From positions 55,588,098 through 55,652,097 of the forward strand of contig NC_068982.1 of the NCBI RefSeq assembly GCF_001194135.2: a stretch of DNA of 64,000 nucleotides. Direction: 5' to 3'. The notes under the pieces are model-generated. The model saw only the letters and a program-made list of their open reading frames with translations. It ran no database searches and had not been told where the DNA came from. Positions 1 through 12,440 of this stretch are shown here, piece by piece (within the stretch, counting starts at the first letter, position 1; every line of letters begins with the position of its first letter). Position numbers and translations under genes: made by a program. The stretch is from Octopus bimaculoides (Eukaryota).

Positions 1-233
1 GGCACATAAAAGACACCATTTCGAGCGTGGCCGTTTTCGTGCGCGTGACACGTAAAAGCACCCACTACACTCTCTGAGTGGTTGGCGTTAGGAAGGGCAT
101 CCAGCTGTAGAAACTCTGCCAAATCAGACTGGAGCCTGGTGTTGCCATCCGGTTTCACCAGTCCTCAGTCAAATCGTCCAACCCATGCTAGCATGGAAAG
201 CGGACGTTAAACGATGATGATGATGATGATGAT
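1..233 (+). mobile_element. 3' end of RTE-LINE 3'UTR / related SINE ('family A') with (GAT)n tail
   Basis: Ends ...AACCCATGCTAGCATGGAAAGCGGACGTTAAAC(GAT)n. The same sequence recurs more than 10 times in the window and forms the 3' end of the RTE at 51.8-54.3 kb. Confidence 0.85.
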
Positions 234-517
234 AATTTAATATACTTATGTTTATCAACGAGTTTAAAAGTAAACTAAATTGGATGTTTCAGAGCAAAGT
301 TGTTGTCATTTTAGACTTACAAACTGAATTAAGAAAAACAAATTTACTCATTTTAAAAAAATATTTAATCTCTCTGTAACCTGGAATACCTTTGAAATAG
401 ATGTGGAATACATAAAAACTAGAATTATTATTCTACATCACAATAATGTAATCAAGTAGATGAAATGTAAAAGAAAAATGAACAATAAATTTTAGTTATA
501 ATTAAAAATGTACATAC

Positions 518-665
518 CAGGCCCTTCTATTCTAGCCTGTATATCTGTAATATCCTCTTCATTGGGGAAGACTTTTACTCCTTCAGGAGGGTTGCTGGAT
601 AAATCAGCAAGTTCCTTAGCAACTTGACGGATAACTTGGGGAGACAAGTTTTCCACATTAGAACA
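518..665 (-). CDS. UBE2S: Ubiquitin-conjugating enzyme E2 S, coding exon 2 (148 nt, phase 0 to phase 1)
   Basis: Translates [49 protein letters not shown](G), colinear with the human UBE2S N-terminus NSNVENLPPHIIRLVYKEV...[19 protein letters not shown]. Acceptor TTTCTCTTTTATCAG precedes 665 and donor G|GTATGT follows 518. Later exons lie left of the window. Confidence 0.93.
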
Positions 666-1599
666 CTGATAAAAGAGAAAAAATATTATTAGCCAAAATA
701 GACACAAGTTAATAAATATTCATGTTGTAAATTACCCTCTTCAATGATTCCTTTCATAAATATGAACTTAGATTTCATTAAGTGAGATAAATCAAGAGTT
801 GTGCTATTCATTACAAATGTAAATCAAATGGTTCTGCCTAAAAGTCAAAGAAGACAGTGGAATTGTTTTGCAGAAATGTCACAATTGCACTATGAGGAAA
901 TTAACATTTATAATGCACATTTTCTAATTTCATATAGAGGTATATATATATAAATTTAAACTGAAATTACTCTATAATTTTTTTAAACCAAAACAAACCA
1001 AACTGAAGTGCAGAACATTAATGAATCTCCTGTACTCAACCTTTCTTGGTTTGACAAACTTGACATTTTGCTTTCTGATTAAGCTTTTGATATTGAGTCT
1101 TCTTTGTTCCACTTCTTTAAGGCCAGTCGCATAGTTTTTATAAACCTGACATAATATCCTATCATTACTTGGCAGTGGACAGCATGTAGTAGAATAGCAT
1201 AACAAAATTGTAAAACCTAAGTGCAACACATGGAAAGACTAAAAGGAATATCAAGAAAGCAAGAAGATAAAGAAAGAAAAGATGAGAACTAAAAGTTCAT
1301 GATTTTGCATTAAGTAGAATGAAATAGCTTGGATTTGAAAATGGCAATCCACATGATCCAGGATAAGTGGGGAGAAGTATATACAACTTAACATTAGTGC
1401 ATTCACAGTCAATAACAGTGAAAAGAAAGGTATGAAGATGTCATTATAAGATGTTCTGTTGAATATGGCAAATCTAAATGGAATCATCTGCAGAGTCATG
1501 TACTAAAGTTAGCTTCAGTATAAAATTATCAGGTCATGTAAATACTATACTAATAACACCCTAAACTATTTGAGTAATACAGAAATGTGCAACCATCAA

Positions 1600-3510
1600 T
1601 GACAAGTAAAATAGTACCATCAGCTGTAATGCTCTTGCAAAGCTACAAGGGATAAAGATGAACTGGTCAGGTTCAATTATAAACCTTCAAAAAAGATAAA
1701 ACATGCCTTGAAAGTAGTTGAGACAGAAATAGCAAAGTTATCATATGCAGGATTGGCTTTGATAAGATACTATATTTCTGTTGAGACAACTACAAGAAGT
1801 TCCTAGCTAAAAACTAACCACTCTATTTTTGTTAATCTGAAGAAACCATTTAAACAATGTCATGCCCATGACAGTTTGGTGTGTATTAAGACTACATGTT
1901 CATGTACAAAGTTGTTGTAACAAGCATAGGGTTGGCAGAAAGAAATTGTGCAGAAGCAGGTGGGCTAAAACACAAAAGTTTAAGACTAGTCTCTGAGAAC
2001 TTTTTGTTATCATCATCATCATCATCATTTAACGTCCGCCTTCCATGCTAGCATGGGTTGGATGATTTGACTGAGGGCTGGCGAACCAGAAGGCTACACC
2101 AGGTTCTAATCTGATTTGGCAGAGTTTCTACAGCTGAATGCCCTTCCTAACGCCAACCACTCCGAGAGTGTAGTGGATGCTTTTACGTGCCACCGGCATG
2201 AAGGCCAGTCAGGTGGNNNNNNNNNNCACTCCGAGAGTGTAGTGGATGCTTTTACGTGCCACCGGCATGAAGGCCAGTCAGGTGGTACTGGCAACGGCCA
2301 CGTTCAAAATGGTGTATTTTACGTGCCACCTGCACAGCGACACTGGCAACGACCTCGCTCGAATGTCTATTCACGTGTCAGTAAGGCGACGCTCGTAACG
2401 ACCACGCTCAAATGGTGCTATTTACGTGCCACTGGCATGGAAGCCAGACAGCTGCTCTGGCAACGATCACGCTCGGACGGTGCTCTTAGCACTCCACTGG
2501 TACAGGTGCCATCACGATTTCACTTTCACTTGCCCCAACAGGTCTTTGCAAGCTGAGTTTAGTGTACAATGAAGGAGAGGTTGGCATGGGTGCATATTTC
2601 CAAAGGTCTTGGTCACAAGTCATTGCCTTGGTGAGGCCTAATTTTCGAAGGTCATGCTTCAAAAATCAATTAAATAACTGCAGGCAAAGATCAAAGTGCT
2701 ATTTAATAACAGAGAATACATAAAAGTTATTTTGCTAGATATGTAGGAAAGAGTAGGTATGAACTCAAACTTACAAAATAAAGCAATAATTCTTAGTTTC
2801 TTTTACAAGAGGTTCTTAAAAAAAAAGTAGTGTAATTTTTGGTAACTAGCAGAGAACCAAGATCTTTGATGTACAAGAGTACTTAGCAGTAGTAGTTCAT
2901 GTAATATTGATACTTTATAAAATATAGAAGTAGATGGCTTCTGTTTCATGGGTAATTTAATTAGTGGTGGAAATGTGATAGCAAATACTTAACTGCCAAT
3001 GTAGGAAGTGGAATAAATATATGAAATTATTGACAACAAAAAGTTTCTCTGTGTGCGCAAATGACAGTCTGAACAATCTGTAAGGCATATGATGATAAAG
3101 AAAGGTAAAGGGTATCAAATGTAAAGGAGGTTGTGCAGATGATGGAAAGAAATGAGTCAGCTTATGATTTACTGGATGTGTAATGTTAACCGGCATGAGA
3201 GACAGAGCTAGGTAAGCTGAGAAAATGGCTGGGCACTAAAGGCATCAGCTGATATGTATGTAAGAGACATCATTTCAGTTATATGAACATATGATGCAAA
3301 TAGATAAGTGCTGATTGAGAAATGAACCATATAGCAAACATTAGAAAGTAAATCCCAGAGAAGCAGACTGAAGACTCAGGAAGAAGTGATGAAATGAAGT
3401 AGATTTGCTGGGTCTTACAGACAAAATGATGGAAGATTGCTATAAGTGACAGTATTCTGTGCTGTAGACCCAACAAAATCATGCCGGCATGACAATAAGA
3501 CTAACCTATG
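1600..3510 (+). mobile_element. Old, heavily decayed RTE LINE, interrupted by a family A copy at 2010-2640
   Basis: Residual RT peptides: IFLLRQLQEKFLAKN*PL...FVNLKKPF near 1770-1850 and VDGFCFMGNLISGG near 2920-2980. Many stops and frameshifts. Confidence 0.6.
2010..2640 (-). mobile_element. Family A SINE / RTE 3'UTR copy
   Basis: Begins with (CAT)n TTTAACGTCCGCCTTCCATGCTAGCATGGG, the reverse complement of the copy at 1-233. A 10-N gap at 2217-2226 has a duplicated flank. Confidence 0.88.
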
Positions 3511-5808
3511 TTCAGTATTAAAAAAAAAAATGCAAAGCGAAATTAATTGTAGAAAATAATGTTCAAAATTACTGCCAACTTCAAACATTTCAAAGATGAT
3601 AATTCACATAACTAGAAGAGAAAAAAGCCCATCCTTATCATTATTACAAAGAGTGATTATAGAAACAAACAAAGAGGAATGCAAGCAAATATTCAATAGC
3701 TGGTGTATGTAGGTTCATGAATGTTTTTTTAGTGCAGGTGCGAAAGGCATAATTGCCAGCTGTATATGAATGATTAGTAGTGCTAATGTAAAAGTGTTGG
3801 TAGGTACCTGTGAATTAGCACAGGATTAAAGAATTGACATGCTTGCCTCTGAATGTGAAAAGATCATTACTGAAGGAATTTTATCTGTAATGTCATTAAT
3901 ATTGGTTGTAAACAAGTATTTTGCTCTCAAAAAACATGTTTCTCCCATTTCGCTTCATGATTGCAAATCAACTATTTCAATCATAACTCTGGATAACCAT
4001 TCATGAAGTTAGAAGCCTGTCTGTCTTTCAGTAACAAATAGTTATTTGTTTTTCTGTCTCCATAACTATCCTCTCTATATAGTCACATTATCTGAGATTT
4101 TCATTTTTGGATTTACTAAATTTCTTCATTTAGTTTATCTTATCTTTCAAACCTAGTTTGAAATTCATTTGTGTGTGTTGTTCTTATGTTTTTTTGTTTT
4201 TTTCCCCCAGCAATTGCAGCCAAGGCAATAAATACCAGAGCAGTACCTTCATGTACATTTATATAGAATAAATTTTTATTTAGTTGAGTCTCATACACAA
4301 TGCAAATTTCTTCAGTTTCAAATATTCAAGCGATTTCTAAATTTCATTCTTTCAATCACTGGTTTCAAACCACCAAACTCAATTGTCCAGTGGCAATACT
4401 TATATACTCAACAATAAATATCTTTCTGTTGAGATATTTCATGCCATAAAACAATTATTCCAAATTACTTAAGTCATAATACTGTCGATTTATTCAATCA
4501 ATTCTATACAGAACATTTTTATATACGGTAATATAAGGTTATTGTGTTGACATTATACAAAGCTATTTATCTGCCTCAATTAATCCATTCATCTTTAAAA
4601 TCAATGGAAAATTGATATTTATTTCAACATAAAAAGGATTACATTGATATCCATATTTGCAGATTTGTCTGTGATCCTATATGTAGAAAATAATCAAAGA
4701 ATTAATCCATGATTATTGATTTCATATAGGAAGAAAATATCTTATTTCCATAAAAATCATCTATCCAAGAGTATACGAACAATTTAATTGACAGTAAAGT
4801 CTAAATCATTCACCTTGTATTAATATTATACGTACACACACACACATGGAAACCTGTGCAGCTTTAACTTTTTAGATTCAATCATGATTTTAGGAACATT
4901 GAAAAGTATAACCAACTTTAAATATGTCCCAATCTGTATTGATTATAAAAAAGATTTCTTTAAAGAAATATACCTGGTCTCTAATAAATAAAGAAAATCA
5001 AAATACTTTTCATGATTTCCCCTTAAAACATAGGAAGAAATAAAACAAAATTAAATTAAAAACAAAATAGTATGAAAAAAAAACCCAAATCAAACAAACA
5101 AAACTACAGGTACACAAATCACAATTATTTCTACGAGTAGAGTGACACTTACCAACATAGGTTTGCAGGTGAACATTGAGTGGATAGATGCTAAGCATAC
5201 AAGCAAGTATCAAGTTCTAAGAGGTGTAGATGGTAGGCAGGTCGGCCTCCACCATGCAAGGGTATACACTTCTATGATGTTTCCACTGATTAGTTAATTG
5301 AAGTGGTTTCCTATATTATGTAAATAAACAAACATTCCTTCGTTTTAGTATTACATCAAATAAACATACAAAAAGTTTAAAGCATTTGCAAAGAATACTT
5401 TTAATAAATATCACATATTAGTTATTATTGACAAAAATGGAACAAAAAAAGAAAATATATCTTTGACAAATGAAAGGACTATAAAAAGTAGACAAGTAAT
5501 TGGATTTTTGAAAGATTTTAATTATGCCTTTACCAATACAGAGATAATCACAAATATCTTTTATGAAACAAGTTCATAGCTATAACCTGCCCTGAAATGT
5601 TTCCTATTGTAAGTTTTCTTATTTCAAACAATAGATTTTATCAGAATCTACAATACTAAAGTCACTATGGAATGTTTTAAAATATTTAAGACCATTTTGT
5701 CATCTATGCTGTAGTTATTCTGCTGGTGTAACTAAGGAAGGCTGTACTCAATAAACATACTATCACCCTTTCTGGATTGCCAATTATCACTTTCTCTACT
5801 GTCAAACC

Positions 5809-6371
5809 CTGTGGCGGCTTGTGTATAGGCAGCACTCCTATTTCCACTAAATATTATCGATAACACTCAATAAAATAAGTCCTTTTTTTCTTTAATTCTG
5901 TCTTTATACTTGTATATTATATAATCCTTAAGCTTAATGTCAGTAGCCATACCCTAGTTTATGAATAAAATACAAAAATCCTTGTATAGAACTGTGTGCT
6001 TCACACAAGGGAGAGAGAGAGCACTGCATGAATGACAGTGCCACATGAAAGGTAGTGTTTCTTTTTGACTCCGCATGTGTTGTGCTTAAAAATGTGTTTA
6101 TATTCTTGAATGTGATAAAGTGTAGAGCACATTTCCCCCCACCACTAATTTTGTGATTTAAGGGGGATTTTTGAAAAACAAGTGGGAATATGCGACAGTG
6201 TTCGGTGAACAAATTAAATACACTACCCAGCAGTGGCTAAAATTTGAACCAATCAAGTTTATGTATAAATTATCATTTTATATGTTTGTTTCCTTTTACA
6301 CAATATTAAAACAACGGCTAAAAATTTTCTAAAGCAGCACTCCCACTAATTTTATCTATGAGTCGCCACTG
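5809..6371. mobile_element. Non-autonomous hAT-type DNA transposon (563 bp) with 8-bp TSD
   Basis: Identical GTCAAACC at 5801-5808 and 6372-6379. Termini CTGTGGCGGCTT and GAGTCGCCACTG are imperfect inverted repeats. No ORF. Confidence 0.8.
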
Positions 6372-7020
6372 GTCAAACCATTCACTATTGACATCCATCA
6401 CCACTTCTTTTACTATCTACTTTCTCCTATTCTATCACACTCACCCTCTACTTCTGTTATCATTACTTTTGCAACACTCCCCCTCACCCCCAACCCTGAT
6501 TAATTTTCTGTGATTACTACTTCCTCCACTCACTTTCTCAGACACATTAACTTTGAGATACAAGATACCAGTGCCATGCTAAGATGCACCTTGTCCATTC
6601 CATAAAGTGATTGGTCAACATGCAGAGACAATGTAGGGCTGAAAGAAATTTTCAGTCTTGTTGAGGACAAGACAATCTCTCAAGTGCTGGTGCTATAGTA
6701 AAATGCACTCAGTACAGTGTAAAGTGATTGGTGATGGTAAGGACATCCAGCTATAGAAAACATGCCAAAATTAAAAAGGTCAAGCAAGATGTGGTCCTCC
6801 AACTTATCTATGAGGGTAGTAACTTTGAATAACAACTAACTCAAACTGTGATGACCTATCTAACCCATGCCAACAGGAAAGGTAGATATAAAATGATAAG
6901 TAGACAAAAAATGTATTTCTTTGTTTTCTTTCTTTCATTAAAACAAAGGACAATAATATCTCCTATACTTGCAAAGATAGTTACATTAGACGGATATTTG
7001 TCCTCATCTTGTTTGTTGTT

Positions 7021-7066
7021 AACACAACGTTTCGGTTGATATACCCTCCAGCCTTCATCAGGTGTC
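7021..7066 (-). ncRNA. Minimal type I hammerhead ribozyme motif, core intact
   Basis: Reads GACAC-CTGATGA-A-GGCTG gagggtatat CAACC-GAAAC-GTT-GTGTT. Stem I is GACAC/GTGTT, stem II has one mismatch, helix III is the palindrome ACGT, and the cleavage triplet is GUU. Confidence 0.65.
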
Positions 7067-7191
7067 TTGGAGAAATTTTGAACCTGGGTTCTCATTCCAA
7101 GGTATTTTTCAATTCCAAGCAGTGACCTGAATAATAATAATAACATCGAAAGATACCTTAAGAATGAGAACCCAGGTTCGAAATTTCCCAA

Positions 7192-7235
7192 GACACCTGA
7201 TGAAGGCTGGAGGGCATATCAGCCAAAACATGTTA
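7192..7235 (+). ncRNA. Degenerate hammerhead motif (second arm)
   Basis: GACAC-CTGATGA-A-GGCTG...CAGCC with a perfect stem II, but GAAAC has become AAAAC and the cleavage site is altered. Probably inactive. Confidence 0.5.
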
Positions 7236-7729
7236 ACAACAAACAAGATGAGGACAAATATGCATCAAAAGTAAATAATGTACATAATTCCTCATCTCCT
7301 AAATATAGAATTTTATAAATAGTTACTTTATGGTAGAAATGTGTATATTTTAGACACTCTAAAATGACATGAGTATGTACAGTGAGTTAAAAGGAAAATG
7401 ACCATTGAAACAAATATATGTTGAAGAATGACAATAAAACTCCAATCAAAACATGCTCAAATCTTCCAAAAGAACAAAATTGTTTTTGTGGTGCTGTGGA
7501 CAATTTGGCCAAACAATTCATTTTAATTAATCACAACAAAAATATTAATATTAATATAACAATAAAGATGATTTTCTATTTTAGAGAGTTGAAGGACGAG
7601 TAAATAGAGAGGCAACTAGAGAGTATTTTGGTTTTACTAACAATTGAACAAAGATTTCTCACATTACACTTTGTTATTCTCTGTATTATAACTAGATGTT
7701 GTCATATGTTTTCCATAACTAGCTTCCAA

Positions 7730-7955
7730 TATTGGTTTCAAATTTCGGCACAAGGCCTGCAATTTTGGAGGCAGGGGGTAAATCAATTACATCGACCCCA
7801 GTGCTCAAATGATACTTATTTTATTGATCCCAAAAGGACGAAAGGCAAAATTGATCCTGGAAGCATTTGAACTCAGAATGTAAAGATGGACAAAGTGCCA
7901 CTAAGCATTTTGCCCGACATGGTAACAATTCTGCTAACTTGCCAGCTTAGTTCCA
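7730..7955 (-). mobile_element. tRNA-headed SINE ('family C')
   Basis: Reverse complement of the copy at 61735-61970, with B-box-like GAGTTCAAAT. Confidence 0.75.
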
Positions 7956-8011
7956 ATATCGATAACCAGAATTCTTTGCAACAAATGTAAGTAAATATAT
8001 ATATATATTTA

Positions 8012-8643
8012 NNNNNNNNNNNNNNNNNNNNNNNNNNNNNNNNNNNNNNNNNNNNNNNNNNNNNNNNNNNNNNNNNNNNNNNNNNNNNNNNNNNNNNNNN
8101 NNNNNNNNNNNNNNNNNNNNNNNNNNNNNNNNNNNNNNNNNNNNNNNNNNNNNNNNNNNNNNNNNNNNNNNNNNNNNNNNNNNNNNNNNNNNNNNNNNNN
8201 NNNNNNNNNNNNNNNNNNNNNNNNNNNNNNNNNNNNNNNNNNNNNNNNNNNNNNNNNNNNNNNNNNNNNNNNNNNNNNNNNNNNNNNNNNNNNNNNNNNN
8301 NNNNNNNNNNNNNNNNNNNNNNNNNNNNNNNNNNNNNNNNNNNNNNNNNNNNNNNNNNNNNNNNNNNNNNNNNNNNNNNNNNNNNNNNNNNNNNNNNNNN
8401 NNNNNNNNNNNNNNNNNNNNNNNNNNNNNNNNNNNNNNNNNNNNNNNNNNNNNNNNNNNNNNNNNNNNNNNNNNNNNNNNNNNNNNNNNNNNNNNNNNNN
8501 NNNNNNNNNNNNNNNNNNNNNNNNNNNNNNNNNNNNNNNNNNNNNNNNNNNNNNNNNNNNNNNNNNNNNNNNNNNNNNNNNNNNNNNNNNNNNNNNNNNN
8601 NNNNNNNNNNNNNNNNNNNNNNNNNNNNNNNNNNNNNNNNNNN
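8012..8643. other. Assembly gap (others at 2217-2226, 26289-26298, 32523-32532, 53179-53188, 54453-54515, 56064-56569)
   Basis: Runs of N, mostly bordered by microsatellites. Confidence 0.99.
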
Positions 8644-8663
8644 ATATATATATATATATATAA

Positions 8664-9052
8664 TACTAGCCAGAATACCTGGTGTTGCCCAGGCTGACAG
8701 CACAGGAAATTGAAGTTAATGTCACAACATAATTTACTTAAGTTATAATAAGTTTCTGGACAAACAAAAGCAGAATATCAGACTTAGTAACCTACATATT
8801 TTTTTTTTTTTTCCATTTCTATTTTAGAAAATTTCTTTGGATTTCTGTTTTAATTAGCAGATAACAATTCTGCAAAGAAAATATTTGCAAATGATTTTGA
8901 ATCCCATTTCTCCATTTAACCCTAAACTGTAATTCTAAAAACTCTAAAACTTTGTCCTAAAATACTAATTCATAATCCATACTAATCCTGCCTCTAAATC
9001 TTAACCATATTTTTTTTTAGAATGATAACCTCCTGTGTTCTATGGGGGTAGT
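8664..9052 (+). mobile_element. Possible non-autonomous Helitron/Helentron-like element
   Basis: Starts TACTAGCCAGAATACCTGGTGTTGCCCAGG, a CpG-decayed ACTAG...CCCGGCGTTGCCCGG-type terminus, next to (TA)n. No ORF. The right boundary is uncertain. Confidence 0.4.
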
Positions 9053-9789
9053 TCACACTTTCACTGGAAAAGAAAACAGTTTCTGCAGACATAATTTCAT
9101 CACTATGCAATGTTGATTCACTATAATGTTAATCCAATGAGTTTTTACTCCAGACAATGCCTGGTATTTCAGTTTGTATATGCATGTATGAGGTGGAATG
9201 CATGCAAGTGTGTGCACATCTGAGAGAAAGAGTGCCAACTGTGGATTAGATGTGATGTTTTGATTTATAAATGGCACAGACCTACCACCTTTGCTTCAGG
9301 ATTGAGAATGTGAAGAGCCAAAACTGAAAAGTATGGTTTGACATACTGTGTGTGTGTGTGTGTGTGTGTGCATGCATACATAAATATGAGGGGGAGAGGA
9401 GTGTGTCTACATGTAAGTAAGTATGAGTGTTTATGTGTACATATTTGTGTGTGTATGATTATTTGTTTATATATCCATATACGTGAATGTCCTGTGTATA
9501 GTAGTATATAGATGTATGTATATATACGTGTGTGTATATCTATTCATATATGCACACATGAATATGTAAGGATAACTGGTTGAATGACTACTTTGAGGTA
9601 CTGTTTCTTTACTCAATCTCTACAATTTATCAAATTTCAATGTTTCTCTATCTACTTTAGATCATTCTCTACTCTCATTTAAAGCTTGTATTAAGAAGCA
9701 TACATACATGCATGCATGCATACACACATTCATCCATACACACACACATTCACCCACAGGCAGAAACATTAACTGGAAAAGTAGCCTCT

Positions 9790-10410
9790 CTTAGACTTGA
9801 GGTAGATACATCACATCTCTCCTAGAAGGCTTTGCTTTTGCTATCTAGCAACAGGAGATAGCTATTAAACACCTCATCAATGAGGGAGACAAGGAAGCCT
9901 TTAAGCTTCCATGTGATGTAAAATGTTGATCATGTGAGAAAGGTAGATATTACCCACATCATCAACAGCTGTCCAAAGATGTCTGCAAAGTACTACCTTC
10001 TCATGAGACATAAGATTGTTACTAAAACCACTTACAGTGCTATACACAAAAAGGAATGTTCTGATAGCCGTACCAAAGGTACATCAGACTAAAACATATC
10101 CATACCTTTAAAAATTAGGAATTGGTTGAACATTCCAATAAAACAGCAACCAGGTGCATACACAATAGGCCTGATGTTATTCTAAGACAATAGAAAAAAA
10201 TCATGTACAACTGTAGAGATCAGCTACTCAGTGATAATGAATGTTCCATCTAAATTGGAGAAAAGATGAATGACTTTATGCAATTAATGAAGATCAGAGA
10301 CCTAATATCCAAGCTAGAGATGTTTGTACCCAGGGTATATAAGAGGTAAGTTCAACTGGTATATTGATCTGGAAACCAGAGAGCTAAGGAATTGCTAGTG
10401 AATATTTAAG
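9790..10410 (+). mobile_element. 3' fragment of an R4-type non-LTR retrotransposon (zinc knuckle plus restriction-like endonuclease), decayed
   Basis: Frameshifted peptides LEGFAFAI*QQEIAIKHLIN...CDVKC*SC, VDITHIINSCPKMSAKYYLLMRH and WLNIPIKTATRCIHNRPDVIL...VEIS. These give a CCHC knuckle, the RH motif and a PD..E motif. Confidence 0.78.
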
Positions 10411-12089
10411 GCCCTATCTGTCTGTCTCTGTCTTCCAGCTTAATAGTTTTGTGTTGTTAATACACTAAACATGCTTTGAGAAACCAATTTTAATGGTGAA
10501 AATTCAAAGTAAATATTCACCATCAATATCAAATATTACACACACAGACACACACACATTTGCCTGTGTAAAACCTACTGTTTTGTTACCTTCCCTATCA
10601 ACTGCTTATCTATTATTTATAATAAATTGAACTTTTAGTTATTTATGAAAGAAAAAAAAAGCATAAAACTTTATAAAAAAAAAGAATTACAAACAGTGCC
10701 CAGGTTATTGCAAATCTAACAATGAAAAATTGAACAAAATTAGTTTAAATTCCTTCATTAAATAAAGAAATGCAATCAATCAAAAACAAAAGAGATTGGT
10801 CCATAACAAGTGATTATTTTAACATGAGTAAAAGACTGAAACTCCATTGATCATTTGATAGCTTATCTTCTAAAGTGTAAATTTTGATGGTATAAACAGA
10901 TTTGATAAGAAGTTGTACTGTATGAAATATGGGCAAGATGAACTAAGAATAGGATCAAAAACAGTCTTATAGATAATACAATAAAATCCCACTTAAATGA
11001 AAATAAAAATCCTTTAACAATAAAATTTATCCAAAATGCTATAATCCTAGTAATTATCTGAAGCTATTAACATTAAAAAGCATTTAATTCTGTAGAGTAT
11101 TAAAAATTATCAGTTAGCAGGAGGGATTTTCAGCAAGCATATTCAGAATACTTAAATGAAGAATGGTGTACATCCATTCAACATAGCAGTAATATTCCCT
11201 CTCATTTTATAATCATCATTCAATATCAGAAGTAATATAATAAACCTAAAAATTTAGTTATTTGCACATATTTCTAATAAATTGCTTCACGTCTGCCTTC
11301 CATGCTGGCATGGGTGGGACAGATTTTATATCCTATACCAATGCTTTAATTTACAATATGATAGTATTGTAAATAAATCTAGCTAAAATGACAAGAATCA
11401 TATGATACAGTGATAAACTAATTCACACTTTACCAAATAGTTAACTAAATTTTAGTGTCTTATAAAACTAGAATTATTAAATAATATCAAAATATTAAAT
11501 ATTGTTGATAAATTTTATTCTAATTAGTATTGAGAGTTCAGATGTCAAAGGGGAAATTTTATGAAGAAACTCAAAAAATAAAACAAGTTAATATTACTAT
11601 AACTAAAACATATTTCAATTTTTTTAACCAAGTGTATACCAAAGTTACCATGCAATAAATACCTTTCACAACAATCTAGTTAAAGTGCCAGAACATCAGA
11701 CTAAACAAATAATATTACAACACAAAAAACCTCTGTGTTATGGAAATAACCTATTCGTGAAAATCTTGTCATAACAGAAAATATATTTTCCCATTGATTT
11801 TCATGTTATCAAGTGAGAATGTGGTTTGATGGATTTTTCCCCAAAACAATAAAATAACAAAAAAAAAACAGCAAGACAACCACTTTTATGTATGAACATA
11901 ATTTCTAAACGTATACAGTACAATATGTATAGATAAATACGCTTCAAGAGAAATACATTAGGAAATAAACAGAAATCATAATACCATAATAGGTTATGTT
12001 CCTACTACAAAACTTGGTGATTATTGTGTGAAGGGGTAGAATGAGAATTACAAGGGAGATGAGGGACACCATCTTTTCTCTTACAGTTC

Positions 12090-12440
12090 ATTATCGTCAA
12101 CATCTACTTGATGTCTATGGCATAACATCTCTTTGTACAGCTCAGTATAAGGACTGAGCTCATGGTAAACTCTTCTTGTAATTTTTATGATTAGGGTTGT
12201 TATCAGCAAAACCTTGTAAATCTTCCTCAAAAAGTGCCAACTCTTTAGCAATATTCTTTGCACTTAATTTAAGTGGAGTTGGTAAAATCTCCATCGTCTC
12301 AGGTTGCTCTTCCAACAGCATCAGCTCTTCATGAGATAAACTTCCTCTATGGGATATTAGCAACTCAACCACATCATTCTCTCGGACTTATTCAAATCTT
12401 ATGTCATTTGCAAGTATCACAATATCTTCTGAATTTGATG
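12090..12440 (-). mobile_element. Tigger/pogo transposase C-terminal relic
   Basis: EDIVILANDIRFE*VRENDVVELLISHRGSLSHEELMLLEEQ...KELALFEEDLQGFADNNPN resembles the Tigger DVEELLDSH..ELTNEELMELE...FEEALLVFEAQDPN region. Confidence 0.7.

Larger units (their letters stand above)
6981..7275. mobile_element. Foldback element (about 125-bp arms), Penelope-like pLTR relic
   Basis: 6981-7110 is the reverse complement of about 7146-7275, with an (AAT)-containing spacer. Each arm carries a hammerhead-type motif. Confidence 0.75.

Noticed and set aside
492-707. 71-aa ORF as a complete protein
   Set aside because: The first 14 and last residues are intronic. Only 518-665 is exonic.
2158-2285. 59-bp tandem duplication; likewise around 53120-53250
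   Set aside because: The copies are identical and sit either side of a 10-N gap, so they are unmerged contig overlaps.
2116-2556. 146-aa ORF and its 141-aa paralogue at 22465-22890
   Set aside because: These are antisense readings of family A repeats with non-ATG starts.
7873-8703. Long ORFs here and at 55942-56648
   Set aside because: They are read through N gaps.
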